This document shows, in pieces, positions 1 through 10,139 of a stretch of DNA of 64,000 nt (the stretch's first letter is position 1; every line of letters begins with the position of its first letter). This stretch comes from Candidatus Eiseniibacteriota bacterium (GTDB taxonomy: Bacteria; Eisenbacteria; RBG-16-71-46; JABDJR01; JAWXBZ01). The stretch is from contig JAWXBZ010000105.1 in NCBI GenBank assembly GCA_034440375.1, positions 2,269-66,268 on the forward strand. The letters are read 5' to 3'. The notes beneath the pieces were generated by a model. It was given only the letters and a program-made list of their open reading frames with translations, made no database searches and was not told where the DNA came from. The translations under genes and the position numbers were made by a program.

Positions 1-1
1 C

Positions 2-2308
2 GATCTTGGCCCCGGCGAAGTCGTCGCGGTCGATGGCGGACGGATGTCGGTGCGGTTCCCCCGCAGCGATTCCGTCCTGCAGTTCGCCATCGAGGACCAC
101 GCCTTCGTCCCCCTTGTCCTCTCTCCCGGGGCCGATCCCGAGCGCTGGCATCTCGACTATTCCGATGATATTGCAGAACGGCTGATCCGCAAGGATGTCG
201 ATTCACTCCGTTCGTTTCGTAATCGTCTAGATTCGCTCCGCCTGCAGCGGATTCGGGAAGCGGGTGGCCTCGGCAGTTATCTCGGAGGCCGCATCGAGAT
301 TTTCCCGCACCAGCTTCACGTGGCCGAGTTGGCCTTCCGCGCCGACCCGGTGCGATGGCTCCTCGCCGACCAGGTCGGTCTCGGCAAGACGATCGAGGCC
401 TGCCTGATTCTTTCGCGCCTGCTGCGCGCCGGTCGCGCGGAGCGCGTCCTCATCGTGGCCCCCTCGACGCTGACGGTTCAGTGGCTCGGCGAGCTCTATC
501 GCAAGTTCCACCAGATTTTCGTGTTGCTCGATGTCGAACGACGTCAGGATGTTCGGAAGGATCATCCGGGCTTCAACGCGCTGGAAATTCATCCCCGCTC
601 CGTCATCGCGCTGGAGGATCTGGTATCCGACAACCAGGTCGGCAAGGAGGCCACCCTTGCAAATCTCGATTTGCTGGTTGTTGATGAGGCACACCGGCTG
701 GAACGCCGGCCGGGTCATCCTGGAAACGCCGCCTACCGGGCCATCGCACCGCTGGCCGCGGCCAGTCGTAATGTGCTGTTGCTCTCGGCCACGCCGCTCG
801 AAGCCGATGCGCACGGCTTCTATCGCCTGCTCGAGTTGCTCTGGCCGATTGAGTTTCCGTCGTGGGAACTGTTCGAAGCCAATCTCGCGGCCGGTGTGCC
901 GATCTACCCCTGCACCAGTTCGACGACCCGGGACGACATCGGTGGCTTGCCCCCGCGCGTGGCCGAGGCTGTTGACCTCCCTCCATGGCCGGCGCTCGAG
1001 GTGGCCGAAGCCGGGGCGCGGGCGATGCCGATTGGCAACGCCCTGGAAAAGAAGCGGCGCCTGGAAGCGCTGCAGGCTGCGCAGACCGAACCCCACGGCA
1101 CCCTGGACCCCCGGCTCCTCTGGATCGTGGAACGCGCGGCTCAATGGAAAAAACGCGGCGAGAAGAACCTGATTTTCGTCGCCAACCGGCCGGCGCTGGA
1201 CTTTCTGAAGCGCGAGCTGGAATTTCGCATCGGTCAGCGGGTGGCGGTGTTCCACGAGGACCTGACCCCCGGCCAGCGCGACATCGAAGTGGCCCAGTTC
1301 GCGCAGTCCGAGGGAGCGGGCCTCCTCATTTCAACCGAGTGTGGTGGCGAGGGGCGAAACTTCGAGTTCTGTCGGCGGCTGATCCTCTTTGACCTGCCGT
1401 GGAATCCGGCGCTGGTCGAACAACGGATCGGACGGCTTGACCGGATCAATCGGAAGCGCCCGGTGGAGATCGCCTACTTCCGCCCCGCCTCAGGCTTTGG
1501 CCGTCCGCTGGTGGAACTGTACGAGCACCTTGGCATGTTCCGTGAACCGCTCGGCGGCCTTGAGCGATCGCTCAGCCATGTCGAGGAAGCCATCGAAGCC
1601 GCCGCCCTCGGCGAGTCACCGCTCGACATTGATGCCGTGATTCGGGAAACCCTCGAAGCGCGGGAGCGGATGACGCGGGCCGTCTACCACCACCTTCACC
1701 AGAATCGCTACGGTCCGGAGTTGGCCCGATCGATCGTGGAACGCATTCCGCCGGAGCTCGAAAATTTGACCGAACAGGTCGTCGTATCCGCCTGCCAGCA
1801 GTTCGGCTTCGATGTGATCGACCGACCGGACCAGGACACCTGGTACGTCGAATTCGGCGGCACCGCCGTCATCGACCACCTGCCCGGTGCCAGCTCCGGC
1901 AGCCGCTGGCTCGGCACCTTCGACCGCGCCAACGCCGTTGCCAGGGAATCGATCGACTTCTTCGCCTCCGGCCACCCCCTCGTCGAGGGAATCCTGATGG
2001 AGCTGGAAGACGGCCACCGCGGCCAACTGGCGCTGCTCGAGGCCGCCGAAACAGGCCACTCGGCAATCGGCCTGATCGTCGTCCTGAAACGGGGACCCGA
2101 GTTCGACATTCACATCCTGGATGCCACAGGCCAGCCCCACCCGGAGTGGCACCGATTCCTCCTCGATGCGGGGGCCCGAGTCCGGGATCTGCACCCCGGC
2201 CACTGGGACCCACCCGAGGGGTACGACGACTGGGTGCGACAGGTTGTCCAGGTGGTTCGGCAGTCCGGAAAGCCGGTGGCGCTGGCGGGGTTTCAGCTGA
2301 CGGCTTGA
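2..2308 (+). CDS. rapA: Snf2-family helicase, RapA/HepA-like (5'-partial; reading frame is open to the window edge)
   Basis: Walker A DQVGLGKTIEA, DEAH box (LLVVDEAHRLE) and helicase C motifs (LISTECGGEGRNF, QRIGRLDR). The ORF has no in-frame stop upstream of the M at position 44. The layout resembles RNA-polymerase-associated RapA. Confidence 0.75.
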   Translation, partial: DLGPGEVVAVDGGRMSVRFPRSDSVLQFAIEDHAFVPLVLSPGADPERWHLDYSDDIAERLIRKDVDSLRSFRNRLDSLRLQRIREAGGLGSYLGGRIEIFPHQLHVAELAFRADPVRWLLADQVGLGKTIEACLILSRLLRAGRAERVLIVAPSTLTVQWLGELYRKFHQIFVLLDVERRQDVRKDHPGFNALEIHPRSVIALEDLVSDNQVGKEATLANLDLLVVDEAHRLERRPGHPGNAAYRAIAPLAAASRNVLLLSATPLEADAHGFYRLLELLWPIEFPSWELFEANLAAGVPIYPCTSSTTRDDIGGLPPRVAEAVDLPPWPALEVAEAGARAMPIGNALEKKRRLEALQAAQTEPHGTLDPRLLWIVERAAQWKKRGEKNLIFVANRPALDFLKRELEFRIGQRVAVFHEDLTPGQRDIEVAQFAQSEGAGLLISTECGGEGRNFEFCRRLILFDLPWNPALVEQRIGRLDRINRKRPVEIAYFRPASGFGRPLVELYEHLGMFREPLGGLERSLSHVEEAIEAAALGESPLDIDAVIRETLEARERMTRAVYHHLHQNRYGPELARSIVERIPPELENLTEQVVVSACQQFGFDVIDRPDQDTWYVEFGGTAVIDHLPGASSGSRWLGTFDRANAVARESIDFFASGHPLVEGILMELEDGHRGQLALLEAAETGHSAIGLIVVLKRGPEFDIHILDATGQPHPEWHRFLLDAGARVRDLHPGHWDPPEGYDDWVRQVVQVVRQSGKPVALAGFQLTA

Positions 2309-2330
2309 CAAAGTAGCTACCGGTAGCTAC
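2305..2330 (+). promoter_or_regulatory. Candidate TA promoter/operator: consensus -35 TTGACA followed by two copies of the self-complementary octamer GTAGCTAC
   Basis: TTGACA at 2305-2310; GTAGCTAC at 2313-2320 and again at 2323-2330, immediately before the antitoxin ATG at 2340. Read directly from the sequence; this is a typical autoregulatory operator arrangement for type II TA loci. Confidence 0.45.
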
Positions 2331-2339
2331 CTTAATTAC

Positions 2340-2630
2340 ATGAAGGCTGTCGGCATCAAGGTCCTCAAAAATCGACTCAGCGAGTACGTCAAGCAGGCGG
2401 CCGGCGGGGAGATCATCCTCGTGACCGATCGTGATCGCGTCGTCGCCGAGCTGGGTCCTCCTCGTGAGAACCGCCCTTCGCTCCTGACCGATGCGGTCCT
2501 CGCGGACGCGGCGCGTCGCGGGTTGTACACGCCCCCTGCGAACCCTGGTGGTATCCCGCCGGCAGGAATTCCGATCATGACGGCCGACGAGATGCTGAAG
2601 GGTCTGGATGAGGATCGGGAGGATCGCTGA
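2340..2630 (+). CDS. Phd/YefM-family type II antitoxin
   Basis: N-terminus MKAVGIKVLKNRLSEYVKQAAGGEIILVTDRDRVVAEL matches the Phd/YefM fold. It is 96 aa and sits immediately upstream of a PIN-domain gene. Confidence 0.7.
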   Translation: MKAVGIKVLKNRLSEYVKQAAGGEIILVTDRDRVVAELGPPRENRPSLLTDAVLADAARRGLYTPPANPGGIPPAGIPIMTADEMLKGLDEDREDR

Positions 2631-3019
2631 TCTATCTTGACACCTCGGTCGCCCTGGCGCATGTCCTCACGGAAGACCGGCGACCGCCGGCTTCCTTCTG
2701 GGCGAACAGCTTCGTCTCGAGCCGGCTGCTGCACTACGAGATCTGGACGAGGCTTCACCGGCTCGGACAGTCGAAGTCCAGCGGTCCTCGCACGCGCGCG
2801 CTTCTCGAAGTCGTAGGAATTCTGGAGATGACGCCGGAGATGCTGGAACCGGTTCTCGACGGCTTCGGTGACTCGGTAAGGACGCTGGACGCCATCCACC
2901 TCGCCAGCATGACCTGGATGCGCGATCAGCGCATGGCGTTCAAATTGGCCACGTATGACAAACGACTGGCCGCCGCAGCGGCAAAATTCGGGGTCGAGGT
3001 CATGTCGCCCGAGAGGTGA
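2627..3019 (+). CDS. vapC: VapC-like PIN-domain toxin, with no canonical start codon (possible CTG start overlapping the antitoxin TGA)
   Basis: Translation from 2627 gives LIYLDTSVALAHVL...DAIHLASMT..., a PIN fold with conserved acidic residues. An in-frame stop at 2609-2611 excludes any upstream ATG, so the only candidate start is CTG at 2627, overlapping the Phd stop as GCTGA. Confidence 0.55.
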   Translation: MIYLDTSVALAHVLTEDRRPPASFWANSFVSSRLLHYEIWTRLHRLGQSKSSGPRTRALLEVVGILEMTPEMLEPVLDGFGDSVRTLDAIHLASMTWMRDQRMAFKLATYDKRLAAAAAKFGVEVMSPER

Positions 3020-3099
3020 AATCCCGACCTTGGAGCAATCAGCTACCTACCGATTTACCTCGACAGAATCCCAGGCCGCCTGGATCGGCCCAACCGACC

Positions 3100-3489
3100 C
3101 TAAAAGATATTGAGCACGAGCTTCCCAGCCTCCGAGATCATTTCCTTGTCCCACGGCGGCTCCCACGTCAGTTCAACCGTGGCGCCGGCCAGGCCGGGGA
3201 TGGACCGGACCTTGGTTTCGACTTCGCCGGGGAGGCTGCCGGCCACGGGGCACATGGGTGAGGTAAGGGTCATCTGGACTTTGGCGGTGGCGTCGTCCTG
3301 GATGGCGATGTCGTAGATCATGCCGAGGTCGTAGATGTTGACGGGAATCTCGGGATCGTAAACCTCCTTGAGGAGGGCGACGACCTTCTCCTCGAGCACC
3401 TTCTTTTCGGCGGCGTCGAGCGGGGTCGTCACGACATCTGGCGTGGTCGGGTCGTTCGTGGTGACATTGGTGGGGGTTGGTTCGTTCAT
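3100..3489 (-). CDS. sufT: SufT / DUF59 (MIP18-family) Fe-S assembly protein
   Basis: EVYDPEIPVNIYDLGMIYDI...TLTSPMCPVAGSLP is characteristic of DUF59/SufT. GGAG lies 8 nt upstream of the ATG at 3489. It is the last gene of the suf operon. Confidence 0.7.
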   Translation of the reverse strand: MNEPTPTNVTTNDPTTPDVVTTPLDAAEKKVLEEKVVALLKEVYDPEIPVNIYDLGMIYDIAIQDDATAKVQMTLTSPMCPVAGSLPGEVETKVRSIPGLAGATVELTWEPPWDKEMISEAGKLVLNIF

Positions 3490-3493
3490 TTCG

Positions 3494-3943
3494 TCACTCC
3501 GTCGAAACGGGATCATTCTTCTGGTCGAGCGCGGCTTTCATGGTGTGCCAGGCCAACGTGGCGCACTTCACCCGCATCGGGAACTCGCGAACGCCGCCGA
3601 AGACGGCCAACTTGCCGAGTCCGGCAGAGTCCGGCTGGGGTCCCTGTTCCGTCACCAGGTCGTGAAACGTGGTGAAAAGGCGATTGGCTTCGTCGACTGT
3701 CTTTCCCTTGAGCGCCTCGGTCATGATCGAGGCGGAGGCCGTCGAGATGGCGCATCCCGAGCCTTCGAAAGCCACGTCGGTCACGACGCCGTCGGTCATC
3801 TTCAGGTAAACCTTCACCTTGTCGCCGCAGAGCGGGTTGTATCCATCGGCGTGTGCGGTGGCGTCCGGCAGATCGTGGAAGTTACGCGGCTTCTTATAGT
3901 GCTCCAGAATCGTGTCCTGGTATAGGTCGCGCAGATCGTTCAT
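3494..3943 (-). CDS. sufU: SufU / NifU-like Fe-S scaffold (IscU family)
   Basis: LYQDTILEHYKKPRNFH...YNPLCGDKV...GSGCAISTASASIMTE is the classic SufU/IscU signature with its three Cys residues. Confidence 0.85.
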   Translation of the reverse strand: MNDLRDLYQDTILEHYKKPRNFHDLPDATAHADGYNPLCGDKVKVYLKMTDGVVTDVAFEGSGCAISTASASIMTEALKGKTVDEANRLFTTFHDLVTEQGPQPDSAGLGKLAVFGGVREFPMRVKCATLAWHTMKAALDQKNDPVSTE

Positions 3944-5214
3944 CGAAACATCCGGACAACCTGGTCGAGTCCATGGACAAGATCATCGATGTCCTCGCGC
4001 GTGTTGTAGAGCGCCAGCGAGGCGCGGGCCGTGGCCGGCACCTTGAAGCGATCCATCACCGGCTGGGCGCAGTGGTGACCGGTCCGAATGGCGATGCCCG
4101 CCTGATCCAGGATCGTGCCGATGTCGTGCGGGTGGATGCCTTCCAGCGTGAACGACAGGACGCCGGCCTTGTGGCGGGCGGTGCCGATCAGCTTGAGCCC
4201 GGGCACCTTGAGGAGTTCGGCGGTGCCGTAGGCCAGCAGATCCTCCTCGTAGGCCGTCACCCTCTCGATGCCGACATTCTCAAGCCACTGGATGGCCGCG
4301 CCGAGACCGATTCCACCTTCGATGTTGGGCGTGCCGGCCTCGAACTTGAAGGGCGGCTTGTTGTAGACGGTGCCGTCGAACGAGACCGACAGGATCATGT
4401 CGCCGCCACCCTGCCAGGGCGGGAGCGAGTTCAGCCAGCTGGACTTGCCGTACAGGACACCGATGCCGGTGGGGCCGAACATCTTGTGACCGGAAAACGT
4501 ATAGAAGTCGACATCGAGGCTTTGCACATCCACCTTCATGTGCGGAACTGCCTGCGCGCCGTCCAGCAGCACCGGGATGCCGCGCGCGTGCGCCGTGGCC
4601 ACGATCTCACGAACCGGCATGATCGTGCCAAGCGCGTTCGAGACATGCGCCGTGGCCACGAGTCGTGTCCGCTCGTTCAGAAATCCAACATACTCGTCGA
4701 ACATGAACTCGCCGGCGTCGTTGATCGGAACGACCCGGAGCGTGGCACCGAGCTCGGCGCACAGAATCTGCCAGGGGACGATGTTCGAGTGGTGCTCGAG
4801 ATGGGAGATGACGATCTCGTCACCCTTGCCGATGCGTGTCCGGCCGTAGGTTTGCGCCACGAGGTTGATGGCCTCGGTCGTACCGCGGACGAAGACGATC
4901 TCTTCCAGGAACTCGGCATTGATGAAACGGCGGGCGGATTCACGGGCGGCTTCGTACTGACCGGTGGCCTGCTGGCTGAGCCAGTGGACGCCGCGGTGAA
5001 TGTTGGCGTTGATGTCGGTGTAGTAGCCGGTGATGGCGTCGATGACGGCCTGGGGTTTCTGGGACGTCGCGGCGTTGTCCAAATACACCAGGGGCCGACC
5101 GTTCACTGTTCTCGACAGGATCGGAAACTCGCGCTTGAGCGCGGCGGCGTCCAGCCCAGCCTGGCCCTTCGGGGATCCGGAATTGAGCGCGACGGTGGGC
5201 GCGGTGGAGGGCAC
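3940..5214 (-). CDS. sufS: Cysteine desulfurase SufS (class V aminotransferase)
   Basis: LDNAATSQKP, HLEHHSNIVPWQ, FSGHKMFGPTGIGVLYGK and RTGHHCAQP motifs. The likely GTG start at 5214 is preceded by GGAGGAGG and lies 3 bp after the sufD stop. The longer ORF reaching 5433 is a read-through artefact. Confidence 0.85.
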   Translation of the reverse strand: MPSTAPTVALNSGSPKGQAGLDAAALKREFPILSRTVNGRPLVYLDNAATSQKPQAVIDAITGYYTDINANIHRGVHWLSQQATGQYEAARESARRFINAEFLEEIVFVRGTTEAINLVAQTYGRTRIGKGDEIVISHLEHHSNIVPWQILCAELGATLRVVPINDAGEFMFDEYVGFLNERTRLVATAHVSNALGTIMPVREIVATAHARGIPVLLDGAQAVPHMKVDVQSLDVDFYTFSGHKMFGPTGIGVLYGKSSWLNSLPPWQGGGDMILSVSFDGTVYNKPPFKFEAGTPNIEGGIGLGAAIQWLENVGIERVTAYEEDLLAYGTAELLKVPGLKLIGTARHKAGVLSFTLEGIHPHDIGTILDQAGIAIRTGHHCAQPVMDRFKVPATARASLALYNTREDIDDLVHGLDQVVRMFR

Positions 5215-5216
5215 GG

Positions 5217-6557
5217 TCAGATAACCTCCTCCGTCACATCCTCTTCGCGCAGGCGGTGGACCAGGTAGTCGTTCAGGCGCTCGCGGAGGGCGGGTACCTG
5301 GATGCGGGCCACGATGTCGTTGGCGAAGGCATAAGTCAGCAGGTGTTGGGCCGCCACTTCGCCGATGCCGCGGGAACGGAGATAGAAGATCATGCTCTCG
5401 TCCAGCTGGCCGATGGTGGCGCCGTGCGTGCACTTGACGTCGTCGGCATAGATTTCGAGCTGGGGATTGGTGTTCACCAGCGCCGTGTTCGACAGCAACA
5501 GATTCTTGTTGGTCTGTTTGGAATCGGTCTTCTGGGCGTCCTTGCGGACCAGGATCCGGCCGTTGAACACGGTTTTGGAGTGATCATCCAGCACAGCCTT
5601 GTACATTTCGTGACTGGTGCAGTGAGGCACGGCGTGATCGATGCTGGTGTGGTTGTCGACCACCTGCCGACCCGTGATGACGGTGAGGCCGTTCATGGTC
5701 GAGTCGGCTCCTTCACCGCCAAGCACCACGCCCGTATCGTTGCGGGTCAGAAGGCCGCCAAACGTGACGGCGTGTGTGTTGGCCACGCCGGAACGACCCG
5801 CGTGCATGTCGACACGACCGGTGTGGAAGGATTCCTCGGATTCACGCTGGAGCCGGTAGTGATCCGCCAGCGCGTTGGGGCCGGCCACGATCTCGGTGAT
5901 GGAGTTGGTCCAGTACACGCCGCGCCGCCCGACGTAGCTTTCCACAACACGAACCTCGGCCGACTCCTCGGCTATGATCAGGTTCCGCAGGTGAACCACC
6001 GCCGGCTCCGTTCCGGAGGGCACCGTGACATGCAACAGGTGGACCGGCTTCTCCACGACAACACCCTTCGCCGCATGAACGACGAATCCGTCCTCGAAGA
6101 GCGCCGTATTGAGCGCCGCGAAGGCATGATTCTCCCAGCGGGCGTGACGGCCAAGGTGGGCCTCGATGAGCGCCGCGTGACTGGTGAGCGCCTCCGAAAG
6201 GGGAAGTACGGTAAGTCCGGCAGGCAGACCCGCCAGGTCCGACAGTTCGGGCGCCGGGCGGCCGTTGATGAACACCAGGCGGTGGACATCGCCTCCCAGG
6301 GTCAGGCGCTCGAGCGCCGACAGGTTCAATGACGCGCCGGCTGCTTCTTTCGCCGGTACGAAGTGGGTGCCATTCAGGACCTGCGTGTTGGTGAACCGCC
6401 AGTCCTCCTGGTGCGTCGTCGGCATGCCGAGTTCGGAGTAGCGGTCGATGGCCTTCTTCCGGAGGCCCGCCAGCCAATCCGGCATGCCTCCCTTTCGGGC
6501 CAACTCGTCGTGTCGGGTTCGGTAGTGATCGGTTTCGAGCGTCACTTCCATCATCAT
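5217..6557 (-). CDS. sufD: Fe-S cluster assembly protein SufD
   Basis: Position between sufC and sufS. The C-terminal SufB/SufD-type beta-helix region reads NTNPQLEIYADDVKCTHGATIGQLDE. Confidence 0.8.
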   Translation of the reverse strand: MMMEVTLETDHYRTRHDELARKGGMPDWLAGLRKKAIDRYSELGMPTTHQEDWRFTNTQVLNGTHFVPAKEAAGASLNLSALERLTLGGDVHRLVFINGRPAPELSDLAGLPAGLTVLPLSEALTSHAALIEAHLGRHARWENHAFAALNTALFEDGFVVHAAKGVVVEKPVHLLHVTVPSGTEPAVVHLRNLIIAEESAEVRVVESYVGRRGVYWTNSITEIVAGPNALADHYRLQRESEESFHTGRVDMHAGRSGVANTHAVTFGGLLTRNDTGVVLGGEGADSTMNGLTVITGRQVVDNHTSIDHAVPHCTSHEMYKAVLDDHSKTVFNGRILVRKDAQKTDSKQTNKNLLLSNTALVNTNPQLEIYADDVKCTHGATIGQLDESMIFYLRSRGIGEVAAQHLLTYAFANDIVARIQVPALRERLNDYLVHRLREEDVTEEVI

Positions 6558-6566
6558 TGCCCGCCC

Positions 6567-7322
6567 CTACCGTGCTGCCACGAGGTCGTCGAGCCAGCCG
6601 TACCCCTTGGCTTCGAGCTCGATGGCCAGGTTCTTGTCGCCCGACTTGATGATGCGGCCATCGGCCAGGACATGCACGAAGTCCGGCACGATGTAGTCGA
6701 GAAGACGCTGATAGTGCGTGATGACCAGGACGGCCCTGTCCGGACGACGGAGCGCATTCACCCCTTCGGCCACGATCTTCAGGGCATCAATGTCGAGGCC
6801 GGAATCCGTCTCATCGAGGATGGCCAGCTTTGGGTCGAGGACAGCCATCTGAAAGATTTCATTCCGCTTCTTCTCTCCGCCGGAGAACCCTTCGTTGACC
6901 GCGCGATTGATCAGCGCCTCGTCCATATGCACCAGGCGAGCCTTTTCCTTGACCATCGCCAGAAAATCCATGGCGTCGACGGCCGGCTCGCCACGGTACT
7001 TCTTCATGGCGTTCAACGCCGAGCGGAGGAAGTACGAGTTGGAAACGCCCGGAATTTCGACCGGGTACTGAAACGCGAGGAAGATGCCTTCACAGGCGCG
7101 GTCCTCGGGAGACATGTCCAGGAGGTCCTTGCCGAGGAAGCTCACTTCGCCCCCCTCGATGACGTAGCTGTCGCGGCCGGCCAGCACCTGGGCCAGCGTG
7201 CTCTTTCCCGAGCCGTTCGGGCCCATGATGGCATGAACCTCGCCCGGTTTCATGGTGAGGTTGATCCCCTTGAGGATGGTCTTGCCGCCAACCGAGGCGG
7301 AGAGGTTCTTGATCTCGAGCAT
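6567..7322 (-). CDS. sufC: Fe-S cluster assembly ATPase SufC
   Basis: MLEIKNLSASVGGKTILKGINL...GPNGSGKSTL Walker A, an LSGGEKKR signature and the ILDETDSGLD Walker B. Confidence 0.9.
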   Translation of the reverse strand: MLEIKNLSASVGGKTILKGINLTMKPGEVHAIMGPNGSGKSTLAQVLAGRDSYVIEGGEVSFLGKDLLDMSPEDRACEGIFLAFQYPVEIPGVSNSYFLRSALNAMKKYRGEPAVDAMDFLAMVKEKARLVHMDEALINRAVNEGFSGGEKKRNEIFQMAVLDPKLAILDETDSGLDIDALKIVAEGVNALRRPDRAVLVITHYQRLLDYIVPDFVHVLADGRIIKSGDKNLAIELEAKGYGWLDDLVAAR

Positions 7323-7354
7323 GATGGTCGATTCCCTTCGTAAACGGTGGCGGA

Positions 7355-8799
<1,445 letters not shown>

Positions 8800-8803
<4 letters not shown>

Positions 8804-9261
8804 GCGATCTCCCCGGTCAGCTTGCTTTCGGCCGACATCAGGTGCGGAAGGGGCACCGTCGGGCGGGCCATGTCCGCCAGGCTGATGCCACGAAGTGACT
8901 TGAGAACAGCGTTGTTGATACGACTCCAATTACCCCGCGAGGGGCACCGCTCCTCGTGGGCGCATTCACCAGCATGAACGCTGCAGGTGGTCAGCCCGAT
9001 CGGCCCGTCAATGGCCTCGATGATGGCCGCGACCGAAATGGACTCGGCCGGCCGGGCCAGGTGGTAACCACCATTGACCCCCCGGTGAGAAATCAGGAGC
9101 CCCCGATGAACCAGGGCCTTCAGGATTTTCCCGACCATGGGGAGGGAAATCCCGGTCTCGACCGACAGATCCCGGGCCGTGTAATCGCCTTCTATTGCGT
9201 CAGTTATGAAGTGACTCAACAAAACGATCGCGTAGTCGGCCTGCTTGGTGATGCGGAGCAA
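8800..9261 (-). CDS. Rrf2-family transcriptional regulator (IscR/SufR-like), putative suf operon repressor
   Basis: [17 protein letters not shown]... is an Rrf2 wHTH N-terminus, and the C-terminal Cys cluster [20 protein letters not shown] could bind Fe-S. A TTG at 9261 gives the canonical MRITKQ-type N-terminus. The alternative start is the ATG at 9348. Confidence 0.6.
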
Positions 9262-9311
9262 TCTGGCCTCCGTGAAACGATGGGCAACGGGACTAAAGTC
9301 AATATCAGACC

Positions 9312-9326
9312 AAAACAGTCTGTTTT
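9312..9326. promoter_or_regulatory. Perfect 7-1-7 inverted repeat AAAACAG-T-CTGTTTT, candidate Rrf2 operator
   Basis: Read directly from the sequence. It lies about 50 bp upstream of the proposed Rrf2 TTG start at the head of the rrf2-sufBCDSUT operon. Confidence 0.45.
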
Positions 9327-9401
9327 CAGAATAACAGTCGTCCCGCATCGGTTCAAGGTAAATTCTGGCGTGGAAAAGAGGTGGCCGGGCGTTATCTCCC
9401 G

Positions 9402-10013
9402 CTACTTGATCAGGCCCGCCTTCTCCAGTCGGGTCGTCAGCGTTTCGGACAGTTCAAGGATGTTTTCGTTCATGCTGCTGTGCTTGATCACCGGGGATCT
9501 GGCCGACCAGAGCAGCTTGCCCCCGGCATCGTACAGATTCGACTCGACCTGGACGGAGGTCTCCTTCGAGTAGTAGCCCGGTGCGGACACGGCCGAGGCG
9601 GCCGCGGAATAGAAATCCCAATAGCTGTAATAGTAGTTCGGCGGGGTGTAGTCGGTCATGCCCGGTCGGGTGACCGGCTCCTTGCCGACGGAGACGGCCC
9701 GGGTCGTCAGGATGCCGTCGAAGCCCTTCTCCCTGACCATCCCGGAAATGGCCACCTTGTCGGCCTCGTGGCCACCTGGAATGATTGGATGGCTCTGGGT
9801 CGCCACATTGCCATGAGCCGTCAGCGTGCTGGCGAAGGTGTCCTCGAAGCTGCGACGACTCGTCTGGTTATCGCTGACACCGATAATCAGGATATTTCCC
9901 AGGGGCCCGACGGCCGTTGGATCCTTCCAGTCATTCCTGACCTTGGTTCCGCCGCCGCAACCGACGAATCCGAGGAGGACGATCGCCGTGGCAATCAATC
10001 TGTCTACACGCAT
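9402..10013 (-). CDS. Hypothetical lipoprotein
   Basis: N-terminus MRVDRLIATAIVLLGFVGCGGG carries a lipobox. I see no recognisable catalytic motif. Confidence 0.5.
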   Translation of the reverse strand: MRVDRLIATAIVLLGFVGCGGGTKVRNDWKDPTAVGPLGNILIIGVSDNQTSRRSFEDTFASTLTAHGNVATQSHPIIPGGHEADKVAISGMVREKGFDGILTTRAVSVGKEPVTRPGMTDYTPPNYYYSYWDFYSAAASAVSAPGYYSKETSVQVESNLYDAGGKLLWSARSPVIKHSSMNENILELSETLTTRLEKAGLIK

Positions 10014-10139
10014 GGCCAGCCTGCCCTTCGGGTTGGATTTCAGGATAATGGCTCGAACGACACCATCGGGGTGAAATTTGACTTGAGACGACAGTATCAG
10101 ATGATCCATGAAGTCGGGAATCTTCGAGAATCCGGAGAT

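Noticed and set aside
227-1255. 342-aa minus-strand ORF inside the RapA-like gene, with nested ORFs at 355-684, 531-1172 and 603-986
   Set aside because: Antisense or alternative-frame shadow ORFs typical of high-GC DNA. Their translations are Arg/Pro/Ala-rich with no domain signatures, whereas the plus-frame product has unmistakable Snf2 motifs.
3940-5433. 497-aa version of the sufS ORF with an N-terminal Arg/Pro-rich extension overlapping sufD
   Set aside because: The extension runs across the sufD C-terminus in another frame and is low-complexity. A GTG with a strong GGAGGAGG RBS at 5214 gives a canonical SufS N-terminus.
5256-6332. 358-aa plus-strand ORF opposite sufD (similar shadow ORFs at 6363-7343 and 7544-8248 opposite sufC and sufB)
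   Set aside because: Antisense to strongly conserved suf genes, with no motifs. High-GC shadow ORFs.
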